64,000 nucleotides of DNA from Felis catus (lineage: Eukaryota): positions 192,512,001 to 192,576,000 of the forward strand of contig NC_058368.1 of NCBI RefSeq assembly GCF_018350175.1, in the 5' to 3' direction. Made by a program: the position numbers and the translations under genes. The notes beneath the pieces were generated by a model, which was not told the DNA's origin, did no database searches, and was given only the letters and a program-made list of their open reading frames with translations. Shown here one piece after another: positions 23,161 through 35,550 of this stretch. Numbering within the stretch: the first letter of the stretch is position 1; each line of letters begins with the position of its first letter.

Positions 23161-23987
23161 TATAATAATAGTAACAACAATAATACTACTAAGTATTGTT
23201 GCCTAATAATAGCTGTTGTGTACAGAGGGTCGCTCTACATGTTTTATCTCATTTCGTGCCCAGAGCCACTCCGTGAAGCGTTTCCTGTTATTTTTGTCCT
23301 CAGTTTAGAGACCGGGAAATGGGGCCGAGAGAGGTTATGCCGTTTGCCTGAAGCCACAGGGTTAACAATGAAAATAGCATCAATAACAATAATAGTACCT
23401 GTCATTTATAGAGTGATTACCCTGTGCAGGTGCTTTGTGTTACCTCATCTAATCCTCCGGGTACCCTCAGAGATAAGCGTTATTATTCTCATTGTGAAGA
23501 AGAGAAAGTCTGACAGACCTTATTGGCTTTCCCGAATGACTGGTAAGTGGCAGAGCTGGGATTCAAAACCAAGCAGACTTTCCGGTCCAAACCTGGCTCC
23601 CAACCACCTTGTAGTACAGCCTCTGGGGGCTGGGGTCCTAAGCGGCAGTCTTGTCCTCCTCATCCTTGTCACAGCCTCCACTGGGCACCAGGAAGCCAGA
23701 GAGCAGTCGTGGGTGTCCTGCTGGCAGATCCCAGACCCGACAGAAATCCTTGGCGTGCCCTGGAAGCTTCCAGCTGGGGAACCAAGACCCTTGGGTCAAA
23801 GTGAAGGAATGGAGGAGCCAGGAACTTTGCCTGCATCCAGCTGTCTGCTCAGGTCTCTTTCATGCAGGTGGCCACCTAAATGCACAAGTGTCCCATGTGA
23901 GAATGCTCCAGAAGGCTTCCTAGAGGAGGTGACATCTGGGCTGATGAGAAGATGGGAATAAGGTTCATGTAGAGGGATCAGGGCTAA

Positions 23988-24476
23988 TGTATCAGCCAAG
24001 ATTCTCCAGAGAAACAGAACCAATAGGATACACACACACACACACACACACACACACTATATATATATGTATATATATGAGAGATAGAGATTGAAATTGA
24101 GGGTTCATGGTCATGTGATTGTAGGGGCTGGTAAACCTGAAATCTGTAAGGGAAGCCAGCAGGCTGGCACTCAGGTAAGGGTTGATGTTGTAGTCTTGAG
24201 TACAAAAGGCTGGAAACGTAAGTAGAATTTCTCTGTTGCGGTCTGGAGGCAAAATTTCTTTTTATCCAGGGAGACTCAGTCTTTCCTCTTAAGGTCTTCA
24301 AATGTTGGATGAGGTCCACCCACATTATGGAGAGCAATCTGCTTTGCTCAAAGTCTACCGATTTAAATGTTAATCGCATCTAAAGAATACTTTCACAGCA
24401 ACATCTGGGCTGCTATGGGACCAAGCAAGTGGGCACCATAGACTAGCCAAGATGACACATCAAATTATCCATCACA
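23988..24476 (-). mobile_element. MLT2-type (ERVL) solo LTR with internal (CA)n/(TA)n
   Basis: Begins tgtatcagccaagattctccagagaaacagaaccaatagga and ends gacacatcaaattatccatcaca. These are TG...CA termini matching MLT2 in antisense. Confidence 0.85.
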
Positions 24477-24735
24477 GAGGGCAAATGTTTGTATGGCTCC
24501 ACTTACCGGAGGTACCTAGAAGAGCCAAATTCACAGAGAAAGAAAGGAGAATGGTGGTTACCAGGGGCTGAGGGGAGAGAGGAATGGAGGACTTAGTGTT
24601 TAATGGGTGCAGAGTTTCAGTTTAGGATAATGAAAAAGTTCTGGAGATGGATGGTAGTTTGCATCAAAGTGTGATGTCACTCACTGTACACTTAAAAATG
24701 CTTAAAATGGTTAATTTTATGTTATGTGTATTTTA

Positions 24736-24771
<36 letters not shown>
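24477..24771 (+). mobile_element. L1MB-like 3' end with (CA)n tail
   Basis: 'ggtacctagaagagccaaattcacagag...ttaaaatggttaattttatgttatgtgtattttaccaca' followed by (CA)n. Confidence 0.85.
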
Positions 24772-24774
<3 letters not shown>

Positions 24775-26284
24775 GCCATCATAGGCACCAAGGCCCAGGC
24801 AGGAAAGGGTGATGAAGAGGCAAGGCCCCACATGAAGGATGTTAACTCATTCAGTTTCTCACCCACCAGCTATTTTATGTTATGTCTACACATGCCAGGA
24901 CTGTGGGAGGGCTGGGTGAACAGGGACAATGACAAGGTAACTTAGATTCTTTATCTTATCTCAGGATCACAAAGAGCCTAGGAGAGAAGAGTATCAATAT
25001 TCCTGTTTTACAGATGAGGAAGCTGAGAGACATGTGATTTAATCAAGGTCAAGCTATAACCCAGTGGCAGATTGAGCACTGAGATCTGAGTCTGTCTAAT
25101 GACTACGTCATTTGTGGGGAGTACTGGCTGGAAAGGACACATAAAATAATTTTCCCCCAGAAGTTTGTGGATGAAATTAAGGAGAAAGAGGAAGTGGTAG
25201 CCTGAAGGAGAAAAAGAACTGGGGTGGACCTTCTTTTGAAAACGGGGGAGACTTGAGAATGTTTGTGGATGTGGGGGAAGAAACTCGCAGAGGGAGAGGG
25301 AGAAGGGGCGGGTGGGTGAGGGGCACAGTGGAAAGGAGATGGCGGCATGAAGTAGAGACTCTTGAAGAGAGGTGTGGGCAGTGGCAGAGGCAGAGTTGAA
25401 GGGAGGGGGCCTGGGGATGGGGTGCAGGAGGGGCAAGGTAGGAACATGGGCCCCTGAATCAGAGGGACACAGACTCAGAGTTCAAGTCACAGCTTTTGCT
25501 TGTTAGCCTTGTAGCCTTGAGCAAGCCACTTAAGTGCCCCAGACCTCATTTCCATCCCTCATTCAATGGGGATGATAATAGGTCATGGGTTACTTTGAGC
25601 ATCAGTTAAGGTATGAATGGAACGTTCCTATTCACACTGGGTACCTGGGTTAGCAAGAGAGGAGAAACAGGACGTCTGGGCAGCCGAGAGAGCCCAGCTG
25701 AGGTGCTGAGAACATTCCAGTCAGCCCAGAGTGGCATCCTTCTCCATCTTGGTTGCCCGGGAGCCATGTGGGCTGAGCAGGCTTAACCGGGATGTGGGTT
25801 CACAAGGCAAGTGTTTCTGCTTGTAGTGCTTGTGATTTGGTCCCCTGAGACCACACCACTTGGCCCTGCCCAGGGTGGACCTGGGGTAGGGGGAACTGCA
25901 GCCCCAAGAAAGAATGTCCCATGGTCCACACAGTTGGTACATAATAGATACCTGAGGAGGAACGGATAAAACATTTGGCTCCGCTGTTGAGTAGTTGTAT
26001 GATCCTGGGCAAGTCTCTTAGCTTTTTTGAGCTCCCATCTCCTCATCCATCAAAGTGGGGTTTACAATTCTAGCCCCAAGTTGTCAACAGTGAATATCTC
26101 AGAGTAGACAGGAGAGTGAGATGCTCATGGGAAGGACTTCACTCTCATTGTGGAACCAATTGAAGAAAGTATCAGCATTATCATTTACAGAGTACTTTTT
26201 CAACCATTGCAAAGAGGTTCAGATATTTCCAAGATTGGACCTCCCCCTTCCTTCCTAGCTGCTTATTAAACCTTCAGCTCCTTC

Positions 26285-26620
26285 AAGAAATGTTTACTGG
26301 ATGCTGACTGTGTGCCAGGCCATATACTAGGTGCTGTCAACAGAGGAGTGAGCAAAGCAGAGAAAGCATCTCATACCCTGGAGCTTACACTTGATGCAAG
26401 CAAATTATCTAGTATGCTAGGGAGTGAGAAACCCTATTTAAAATATAAGAAGGCAAGAGTCAAAGTGGGTTTTATTTTAGATTAGGTGGTCAAAGGAGGC
26501 TTTCCTGAGAAAGTGGCATTTGACCATAGCCTAAAATGAAATGAGAGCTAAGCCAAGGGAATATCTTGGAGAATAATACAGGCAGAGAGAACCCCAAGGG
26601 CAAGGCCCTGCGGTGGGAAC
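26285..26620 (-). mobile_element. L2 fragment
   Basis: 'atgtttactggatgctgactgtgtgccaggc...ccctggagcttacac...ggtggtcaaaggaggctttcctgagaaagtggcatttga'. Confidence 0.7.
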
Positions 26621-26667
26621 TCATGAGGCAGCTGCCATTCTTGCACCTGACCTTCAACCACATTCTC

Positions 26668-26835
26668 ATCCATGCATCCATCCATCCATCCACTCTCCTA
26701 TTTCCTGTCCATCCATTTAATCCATCCATCCATCCATCCATCTATCCATCCATCTATCCATCATCCATCCATCTATCCATCCATCTATCCGCCATCCATC
26801 CATCCACCATCCATCCATCCATCCATCCATCCATC
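26668..26835. repeat. (TCCA)n microsatellite
   Basis: Read directly. Confidence 0.95.
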
Positions 26836-27321
26836 ATGTACTGGGAATCTGTTGTGATTTGTTATCGGGAGGCATGGGGAAGACTTGATGAAGACTTATA
26901 CACCATCTCAACTGATATGGAGATCGTAGCCAAAGGGGAGACATGTTCAGAGCATGGGATGGCAGGTGATGGCATGTCCTCCATCACTCACCATGTACTT
27001 TTGCTAAGGAAGCTCTCTCAGTGTTTCCTCACCTTCAGAGTTTTAGGAAGTCTTGCTTGTGTTTCACAGCTCAGGTTTAGCCAACTTCTCCATGAGGTTT
27101 CTGGTCCTTCCTCTTAGAATTAACTACCCCTTCTGGTTTGGACCTTCATTCTGTATTATGCTCCAACCTCTCTGAAGTTCCTTGTGTAAGTTTGGGTCTC
27201 CGCCATCGGCTCATGAGCTTCTTAAGATCATGGTGAACATAAACAAACAACAATAGTAAGAGCCTAGCATTTATTGACTGCTTCACTACATGCTTAGCAT
27301 TGTACCAAGCATGTATATATT

Positions 27322-27410
27322 AAGTAGGCTCCACACCCAACGTGAGGCTTGAACCCACGACCTTGGAATCAAGAGTCAGATGCTCTACTAACTGAGCCAG
27401 CCAGCCGTTC
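27322..27410 (-). mobile_element. Short, older Can-SINE inserted in a MIR
   Basis: 'taggctccacacccaacgtgaggcttgaacccacgaccttggaatcaagagtcagatgctctactaactgagccagcca', flanked by ccaagcat repeats. Confidence 0.75.
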
Positions 27411-27464
27411 CATGCCAAGCATATTTTAAAAATATTACTCAAAATACACAGAAGGGGACCTGCC

Positions 27465-27630
27465 CTCTTATGAGGGAGGTGCTGTCACTACCCCCATTTT
27501 ATAGACAAGGAAGCTGAAGCGCAGAGAGTTAAGTGACTGGTCCGTGTCATAAGCTAGTAAGTGGCAGAACCGAGACCTAAATCCTGGCCTTGCCACCTGC
27601 AAAGCCCATCTCTTGAATTCTGCTCCACTT
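27465..27630 (-). mobile_element. MIR
   Basis: 'cccattttatagacaaggaagctgaagcgcagagagttaagtgactgg...agctagtaagtggcaga'. Confidence 0.8.
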
Positions 27631-27699
27631 ACTGCTTGGTCAAACCCTAACCCACATCTGTGTCTCCGCTGAATGAACGGAGGGCGCAATGGTGAAGTG

Positions 27700-27900
27700 A
27701 GGTTCGCAGCTCTGGCGGCAGACTGCCTGCCTTGAATCATATCTTCCTTACTGGGACTCACGTTGTGTGACCTTGGCCCTGGCCAAGTCAGTTAACTTCT
27801 CTGTGCGTCAGTGGCCTCATCTGTAAAATGGACTCGTACATTTATTGTGGACTAAAATGATGTAAGAGAAGGTGAATGGGTGTCTGGCACAGGGTAAACA
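27700..27900 (+). mobile_element. MIR
   Basis: 'tgtgtgaccttggcc...caagtcagttaacttctctgtgcgtcagtggcctcatctgtaaaatgg'. Confidence 0.8.
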
Positions 27901-28692
27901 GTCCAGGAAAGGTAGCTGTTCATTTTATGTAAAAAAGATGGCAACCTCCGTTCCCTCACGGTTTGGCTTTTTTGTTCTTTCACAAATTGCCTGTTGTACT
28001 TCATCCTTCTTTACACTCTCTGACGGAGACCGTTCCCAAAAGTACCAGTGCCTTTGCCTTTGGAACCTTTCAACTCTGCCGGGAGCCTGCAAGAAAAGGG
28101 GCAGATTGACACATGGATGCGGAGGGACTCACCCTGGTGGGGGCGGTAGAGCAGTGGGTCCCTGTCATCAGCCCTCACCGGGACTGGGAGATAGGCCAGT
28201 GGGCTCAGGCGGCACTTATCTGCCCCTCCCCAGGGGCCTGGACCTTCCAGGGCCTCCCAGTAAATCACCCTGGATGATTTATACAGAGACGCCCAGTCCA
28301 CTAATCCAGTAAACAGGATAAGCGGGGTCCAGCCGGATTTATGGGCTGCCAGAAGGGCCTTTCGCTGTGGGAGATGTACACACTGTGACCCTTTTCCTGA
28401 CCCCTGGTGTGGAGTATCCTAATGAGCAGGGGTCAAGTCACCGAGTTCCAGGCCTCTGTTCCCCCCCAGCTGTTGATGGTGATGTTCAGTGGTCCCTTTC
28501 TCTCTTTGGGTTCTGAGTCCCCCGAGCCCAGGTGTTCACTGGGCACTTGGCATGCAGTCAGCACATGGGGGAGCTAAATGAGTTGTAAGTTGGGCCCCAA
28601 TGTCCCCTGGTGGGGACAGGCCCTGCAATGTAATGGTGGGGCTTACAGGTGCCACAGCCAGACTGCCCTGCTTTCAAAATCTGGCTCCATCT

Positions 28693-28915
28693 GGGGCGCC
28701 TGGGTGGCGCAGTCGGTTAAGCGTCCGACTTCAGCCAGGTCACGATCTCACGGTCCGTGAGTTCGAGCCCCGCGTCAGGCTCTGGGCTGATGGCTCGGAG
28801 CCTGGAGCCTGTTTCCGATTCTGTGTCTCCCTCTCTCTCTGCCCCTCCCCCGTTCATGCTCTGTCTCTCTCTGTCCCAAAAATAAATAAACGTTGAAAAA
28901 AAACAAAAACAAAAA
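28693..28915 (+). mobile_element. Young felid Can-SINE inserted in a MIR
   Basis: Perfect 18-bp TSD caaaatctggctccatct (28675-28692 and 28916-28933). Nearly identical to the copy at 21972. Confidence 0.97.
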
Positions 28916-29372
28916 CAAAATCTGGCTCCATCTAATATGTCCTCACTGTGATTCTCTGAGCCGTAGTTCTCCCACATGTAAAATGACAATATTAGTACAT
29001 GTTTCATGGAGTTGTTATTGTAATCACAGAATGAGAGAATCCATATAAAGTGCTCATACAGCACCTGGCACCTACCGAAGGGTCCCTAACTATTGGCAGG
29101 TCACAATTACTGTGCAGATAACAGCACTGGGGACACGTCACAGGGATTCTCACCCACAGGGGGCCTGCCCAAGGTGTGATGCAGCTTCGTTGTGGTCGTG
29201 CAGAATGGGAAGGCGCCTGAGTCCCTCCATGGGCAGAGGATGGGTAATCACAGAGTTTGGCAGAAGTTAGTTATGACAGACTAAATGTTCACCCAGCGAC
29301 ATGGTTGGATCTAGAAAACAGGGTAAAAAGAGATAAAGCAAAGAAACAGTAACAAGCACATAACTTAAAAAT

Positions 29373-29373
<1 letters not shown>

Positions 29374-29411
<38 letters not shown>
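29374..29411. repeat. (CA)n microsatellite
   Basis: Read directly. Confidence 0.95.
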
Positions 29412-29413
<2 letters not shown>

Positions 29414-30129
29414 TGCAGTGCGATCTCTAACAAAATCCCAATAGGATTTTTTGTAGAAATAGAAAAGCCCAGCCTAAAATTCATAACTAATTGCAAAGGA
29501 CCCCAAATAGCCAAAGCAATCTTGAAAAAGAAGGACGAAGTTGGAGGTCTCACAGTTCCTGATTTTGAACATACTACAAAACCATAGTGATCAAAACAGT
29601 TGTGGTACTGGCATAAAGACAGACATATAAACCAAGGGAAGAGAATTTAGATCCCAGAAATAAATCCTCACGTATATGGCTGACTGATTTTTGACAAGGG
29701 TACCAAGACCATCCAATGGGCAAAGGACAGTCTCTTCAACAAATGGTGCTGGGAAACCCGGAAAACCACATGCAAAAGAATGAAGTTGGACCTGACTTTA
29801 CACCATGTACAAAAGTTAACTCGAAATGGATCAAACATTTACACTTAACAGCTAAAACCACAAAACTCTTAGAAGAAAATATAAGAAGAAAATATAAGGT
29901 CATCTCTATGACCTTGGATATGGCAATGATTTCTTAAACACTACAGCAAAAGTACAGGCCATACACCAGAATGAAAATTGGACTTAATCAAAATTAAAAC
30001 CTTTTGTGCATCAAGGTACACTATGAAGAGATGGAAAGAAAACCCATAGGATGGGAGAAAATATTTGTAAATCATGTATCTGATAAGGAATTAATATCTA
30101 GAATTTATAAAGGACTCCTACAAATTAAG

Positions 30130-30172
<43 letters not shown>

Positions 30173-31005
30173 CTCAATTAAGAAATGGGCAAAAAACCTA
30201 TTCAGGCACTTCTCCAAAAATGATGTACAAATGGCCAACAAGCACGTGCAAAGATGCTCGACATCATTAGTCATCAGGGAAACACAAATCAAAACCACAA
30301 TGAGATTCCACTTGACTCTTATTAAAGAACACAGCAAAACAACCCCCAAAATAACAAATGTTGGCGAGGAGATGGATAGATTGTAACTTCTGTGCACCTG
30401 CCCATGAAGATGTAAAATGGTGCAGGCCCTGTGGGAAACTGGCAATTCTAGAAAGTGAAATGTAGAATTACGATGTTACCAGCAATTCCACTCCTAGGTA
30501 TATACCCAAAATAATTACAAACAGGGACTGAGACAGATCCTTGTACACCAATGTTCATAGCAGTATTATGCAATGGCCAAAGCGTGGAAACAATGCAAGT
30601 GTCCATCAACGGTGAATGGTTACACAGCATGTGGTATGAGTGGAATGAGTGGCAAGAAGGGACGAAATTCTGACACCTGCTACAATTGGGGTCACCCTTG
30701 AAAACACTTTCCTAAGTGAAATAAACCAGACACAAATGGATAAACGTTGTATGATGCCACTAGAACGAGGTATCTAGAATAGGCGAACTCATAGAGACCA
30801 AAAGTGGGATGTGGTTGTCAGGGGTTGGAGGAGGGGAACATGGGGAGATTGTGATCAATGGGCAGAGTTTCTGTTGGAGTGACGGAAAAGTTGTGCAGAT
30901 GGATGGTGGTGATGGTTGCACAACACTGTAAACGTACTTAATGTCACTGAATCCTACACTTAGAAATGGTAAACGTTATGTTATCTATATTTTATTGCAA
31001 TAAAC
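29412..31005 (+). mobile_element. L1 (L1MA/MB-like) ORF2 end + 3'UTR, with internal (CA)n at 30131-30170
   Basis: Decayed ORF2 remnants ('[14 protein letters not shown]', 'WEKIFVNHVSDKELISRIYK') and a typical 3'UTR ending 'atattttattgcaataaa'. Confidence 0.9.
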
Positions 31006-31034
31006 ACACACACACAAAAACAATACACATTTTT

Positions 31035-31262
31035 TATTTTTTATTATTTTTTTAATAATTTTTTTAATGTTTATTTTTGAGACAGAGAGAGACAGAGCAT
31101 GAACGGGGGAGGGTCAGAGAGAGGTAGACACAGAATCGGAAACAGGCTCCAGGCTCTGAGCTGTCAGCACAGAGCCCGACGCGGGGCTCGAACTCACGGA
31201 CCTTGAGATCACGACCTGGGCCGAAGTTGGACGCTTAACCGACTGAGCCACCCAGGCGCCCC
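31035..31262 (-). mobile_element. Felid Can-SINE
   Basis: Ends gactgagccacccaggcgcccc, with a T-tail and cacattt(t/c)..atttt flanks. Confidence 0.95.
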
Positions 31263-31290
31263 CACATTTCATTTTAAAAAGTGTGTATTA

Positions 31291-31492
31291 GGGGCACCTG
31301 ACTGGCTCTGTCGGTTAAGGACCTGACTTTGGCTTAGGTCATGATCTCACGGTTTGTGGGTTCAAGCCCCACATAGGGCTCTGTGCTGGCAATGTGGAGC
31401 CTGCTTGGGATTCTCTCTCTCTCTCTCCCTCTCTCTGCCCCTCTCCAGCTTGCTCACTCTCTTTCAAAATAAATAAATAAACTTAAAAAAAA
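31291..31492 (+). mobile_element. Can-SINE
   Basis: ggggcacctgactggctctgtcggttaagg head, (CT)n and aataaa tail. Confidence 0.95.
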
Positions 31493-31634
31493 GACAGATG
31501 CGGGCAAAAGAAGGGCAGGAACAGCAGGAAGGAAGAAGGAAGAGAGGCAGAGAAAGAGGGAAGGGGGGCAGGAAGAGGTTCATGGGAGGGGAATAGTCCA
31601 CAGGGCACCACCAGCCAGGCCCATTTATTGATTT

Positions 31635-32000
31635 GTCCACTTGTTTGTGTATTCAGCATGCACTGATATCCCTACTACATGCCAGGCCCTGTGCTGGGCA
31701 CTGGGGATGCAGCAGTAAACACAACAGACAGGGTTTCTGTTCTCATGGAGCTGACATTACCAAGAGACTGACGTTACAGACAAACACAATGGAATAGTAA
31801 TTTGTGGTGGTGACCGGTGACCGGTGCTGGGAGGAGAGGAAGAGGGTGGAGGGGAGACCAGCTTGTTTGGAGGTGACCGGGAAAAGCCTTCAGGGAAGGT
31901 GACGTTTAAGAAGAGGCCTGATGGATGAGAGAAGTCAGCCTTGTGAAGGGCAGGGGAATACCTGCCAGGCAGCAGGTGCAGTTCCCTGGCATAGGAGAAC
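31635..32000 (-). mobile_element. L2 fragment
   Basis: 'attcagcatgcactgatatccctactacatgccaggccctgtgctgggcactggggatgcagcagtaaac...ctcatggagctgacatt'. Confidence 0.75.
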
Positions 32001-33347
32001 TTGGCAGATGGAGAATGTAGCTGCCATGGGAAGCCCAGGACAGCAGCACCAGGCGCCTCTTCCCGGTAGCACATCCCTTTCCTTTGACCGAACTTTACTT
32101 CCAGAAAGGCCCTCAGGGATCACTCGGTCCATTACACAAATGGGGAAGTTGAGTCCAAGAGAGGTGACAGTTTGTGTGGGGACCCAGTTCTCCTGATGCC
32201 ATTTAGATTCTTTCCTTCTCCCTTCTCTGAAATGGGGATTTTCTCATCTGGACATGGCCTTGAGGGAACAAGTCGATAGGGAGGTGGCACAAACCTGGTA
32301 ACTGGCTTCCCACATCCATTGGGGGATGTGTCACTGGAGCCCAGACATGCCACTGAAGCTCGTGGACTCAGGATTTGGGGATAGCTTGGGCTGTTTCTGG
32401 CAGATAAAAATATAAGATGCACACACGTCCTGAGAGTTCATATGAACTGTAACAACACAGGGGAATTTTCTTGTCTTTTCCAGAAGTTTCACTTTAGCCC
32501 TCAGGGTGGAGGCTAGGGTGGAGATGGCCAGGAGAGAGCTGTTTTCACTTGACTTAAAGGCCCAACAGGGAAGAGGAGCAGAAGATTTGACAATTCCTGA
32601 AGGAACGAAGTGGGTCACCAGTGGATGAATGTTTTAGGAATGCAGATTTCAGCCTAACACCAGAATGCACTTTCTGACTCCACACCATGTCAGTGATGGA
32701 GGCCCATCGTCAGAAGTATTCATGAGTCAATGACTATACAAGTTTAGGATTTGGGACCCAACCATAAGATTAATAACATAACTACTAACTATGAGTTGAA
32801 TTTAAAACTGAATAAATGATCCCTTTAATTCCCATTTTCTATGGTCCCATTTTCTATGGAGTTGCTTGGTTGGTCGGCAAAAGGCATGTCATTGGTCACC
32901 CAGATACAATATGTTACGTACTGTACATATTCCAATATGTTACAGTCTCAGATTTATTCTGGGGAAGATGCATTGGCTGGAGTGACAGCCTCAAGCATTT
33001 CCTTTCCCGCCATTATGGATTTTATAGTGCCCACTATGTGCAGGGCCAACCTACGGGCCCTTCATTCTCACAACTGTCCTGGGAGGAGGTCCTATTGGTG
33101 TCTCTGACTCAAAGAAACTTGATTCTGTTACTCTTGGTTGTTAGTGTGAGGGAACCTTTGAATTCTCTCTTGACAACTGGAAGAGATTTTCGTTTGCAAG
33201 AGTAATTCTAGTGTGAGGCTGAACATAGGAAGTTCTGGAAGAGAGGGGCCTGCCAAGTTCTCTGCAAGTCCTGAGGAAACAGAAGGAGAGTCTGGGTGGA
33301 GGGCCAAGGAGAAGGCTGTGTGAAGAGGGTGTCATTTGAGCAGCGCT

Positions 33348-33348
<1 letters not shown>

Positions 33349-33378
<30 letters not shown>
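33349..33378. repeat. (GT)n microsatellite
   Basis: Read directly. Confidence 0.95.
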
Positions 33379-35090
33379 CACATGCATGCTGGCCATACAA
33401 GGGGTATCATGTAATTCAATGACATAGTCTCTATTTCCAAAAAATGGATTCCAGGCCACTTCAAACATATCCAGAAATCATCTCTGTCCTCCTAGATGAA
33501 GTAGAATTGGCAAATAGCAACCAGAAGACTTAAATAAAAATGGGGTGGGCTCATTTTTTTTCTCTTTCCGAACGTTGGCAACAGCTTGCAACGCTTTGTC
33601 AGGAATGCTGGGCAGAGCGCAGGCATGGTTCTACAAAGCTCTCCCCACCATCCCTGTACCTGCCTCCCCTCCTTCTCCCAGGAGCTGAGACTAAACCCAC
33701 AGCCCCTGGAGTTGCTGGAAGGGTCGCCCACCACACTTTCTGGTCCCTCGGTTTGGACAGAGCTTCAGCCCATTTCTGCTTGATTCTTTTGATCAAATTT
33801 TTGGAGAGTTGCTTTTTTTGAAAACCTGGTAACAAATTTTAGCTGAGGGAAAAAAGGTGTTGCTTAATTTCAAGGTCGGTTGTGTTTTTCTAAGATTTAG
33901 TTCTCTAAAAAGTGGGATAAAACAAATATCTATTTACCACAACTAGGCTTTCTAATTAGCTCCCCTGTGTCCTCCCCCTAAATTCAAACCAGTTGTCTCC
34001 ACATAAAATCTCCCGTAGGTACCACCATTAACACCCTTTAGAAGGAAGGGCGAGCCCACAGCTGGCAGCCCCTAGCTTATGGGCTGCAAGCCATGGGAAG
34101 TGTGGGGCTCCGATAAAGGCATGTGCAGAGAGTGTGGGATCCCAGCCTTGGGAAACCTTCTTTGTTGAGGCTGAGAATGGCATCTTACAGTGAGAAAACA
34201 TCTGGGGCCACAAGACACGGGGAAATCGAAGAACCTCAGGCCCAGATCTGAGAGGTCACGGTAACTTCAACACAGTCTGGCAGAAGATGTCCAGTGCTCA
34301 GAGGGAAAAGAACCCATTTCCACATTCTTCTGCCCTGGACACCCACTGGATGTTTATAGATCCCTGGGAGAGGTTATCTGCATTTGACTTGAGGCAGGCC
34401 CAACACCAGGCCTCCGATGGGTGAACCTGGGGGATGTTGTGAAAGACAGCTGGGAGTGTGTGTGTGTGTGTGTGTGCATGCGTGTATGCTGGGGGCTTGG
34501 AGCTTCAGCAGAGCAGGTCCTTGAATTCAGAGACCCATAGAATCAGCTCCATTGCTCCCCTTCTCCAGCCACCCCTTGCCAATAGCTGAAAGGGTCTTCT
34601 GGAGATGTCAAGGTTGGGAGTGGCCCACCTCTGTCCTTGACTAGTTGTGTGACCTTGAACCAGTCATTTCCTTGTCTTGGCCCTTGATGTCTCCAACTGT
34701 GAAAAGCCTTTTGGATCCTGGGCTTGAACAGTGGTTCTTCCTATTTTGGAGACCCTGGCCTTTTGGCAGTCTGATGTCAGAAGATCTGTCTAGGAAGGAC
34801 ATTTTCCATGTGCGGATTCCAAGTTTTACTAACACGTTCAGATGTTCTTAGAGCCCCGGAAGTCGCTCTGAGTAGCCTCTGTAAGGCCCCCTGGTAGTGT
34901 CCTCCAAGGTCCTGTGCACAGCGCCTGTACATCGTGGGTGCTTAAGAAGTATTTGTGGAATGGATCAATTATCCCTTTAAATTCCCACTTCCTATGAGTC
35001 TGTGATTCTAAGCGCCTGGGTTTGATTCTGCTAAGGCACATTGTGCAGAGGTATGCAGGAAAGACCCTTACTTGAGTGTTACAGGCACGT

Positions 35091-35092
<2 letters not shown>

Positions 35093-35126
<34 letters not shown>
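35093..35126. repeat. (CA)n microsatellite
   Basis: Read directly. Confidence 0.95.
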
Positions 35127-35130
<4 letters not shown>

Positions 35131-35369
35131 CTTCTCACTGCCATCCCTCCACCGTACATATTGTATCAAGCACCTACCATGTGCTAGGTACCAGGGATAT
35201 GGTGGTGGGCAGCACTGACCTCATCCCTGCCCCCGAACTCACAGTCCAACGTTTCCGGGCAGAGACCTGTGCCGGACCTGGGTGCCCAGCGAGGCCTGCA
35301 CAGCCCGGCAGCTGGGGCCGCTCTGGGTACCTCTGTCCTCCTGCGCCTTTTGTGGAGGAAGCACCACCA

Positions 35370-35550
35370 AAAATATTTTTAAAATACCTCCGTGTTGGTA
35401 TAAAGATGAATATTATTCAGGTTGTATTCACTGCTAATATGTTCATTATTATAATTTTTGTTTTGTTTTCTAATCTCGATTTTTAAAAGGAAGCGTGAGA
35501 ACATTTTTGTGGCCCCTAAATGTGTCATGGGTGCTAGGGTACTGTGCCTC
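35370..35550 (-). mobile_element. MER96B-like hAT relic
   Basis: 'gttggtataaagatgaatattattcagg...gatttttaaaagg...acatttttgtggcccctaaa...gggtgctagggtactgtgcct'. Confidence 0.55.

Noticed and set aside
23150..23170. GC box followed by TATAAT as a plus-strand core promoter
   Set aside because: The TATA-like string is the start of an (AAT)-rich low-complexity run leading into a MIR remnant.
23218..23961. Longest ORF (247 aa)
   Set aside because: Runs through MIR remnants, has a non-ATG start and shows no protein-family signature.
26566..27117. 183-aa ORF with IHPS repeats
   Set aside because: Derived from the (TCCA)n microsatellite.
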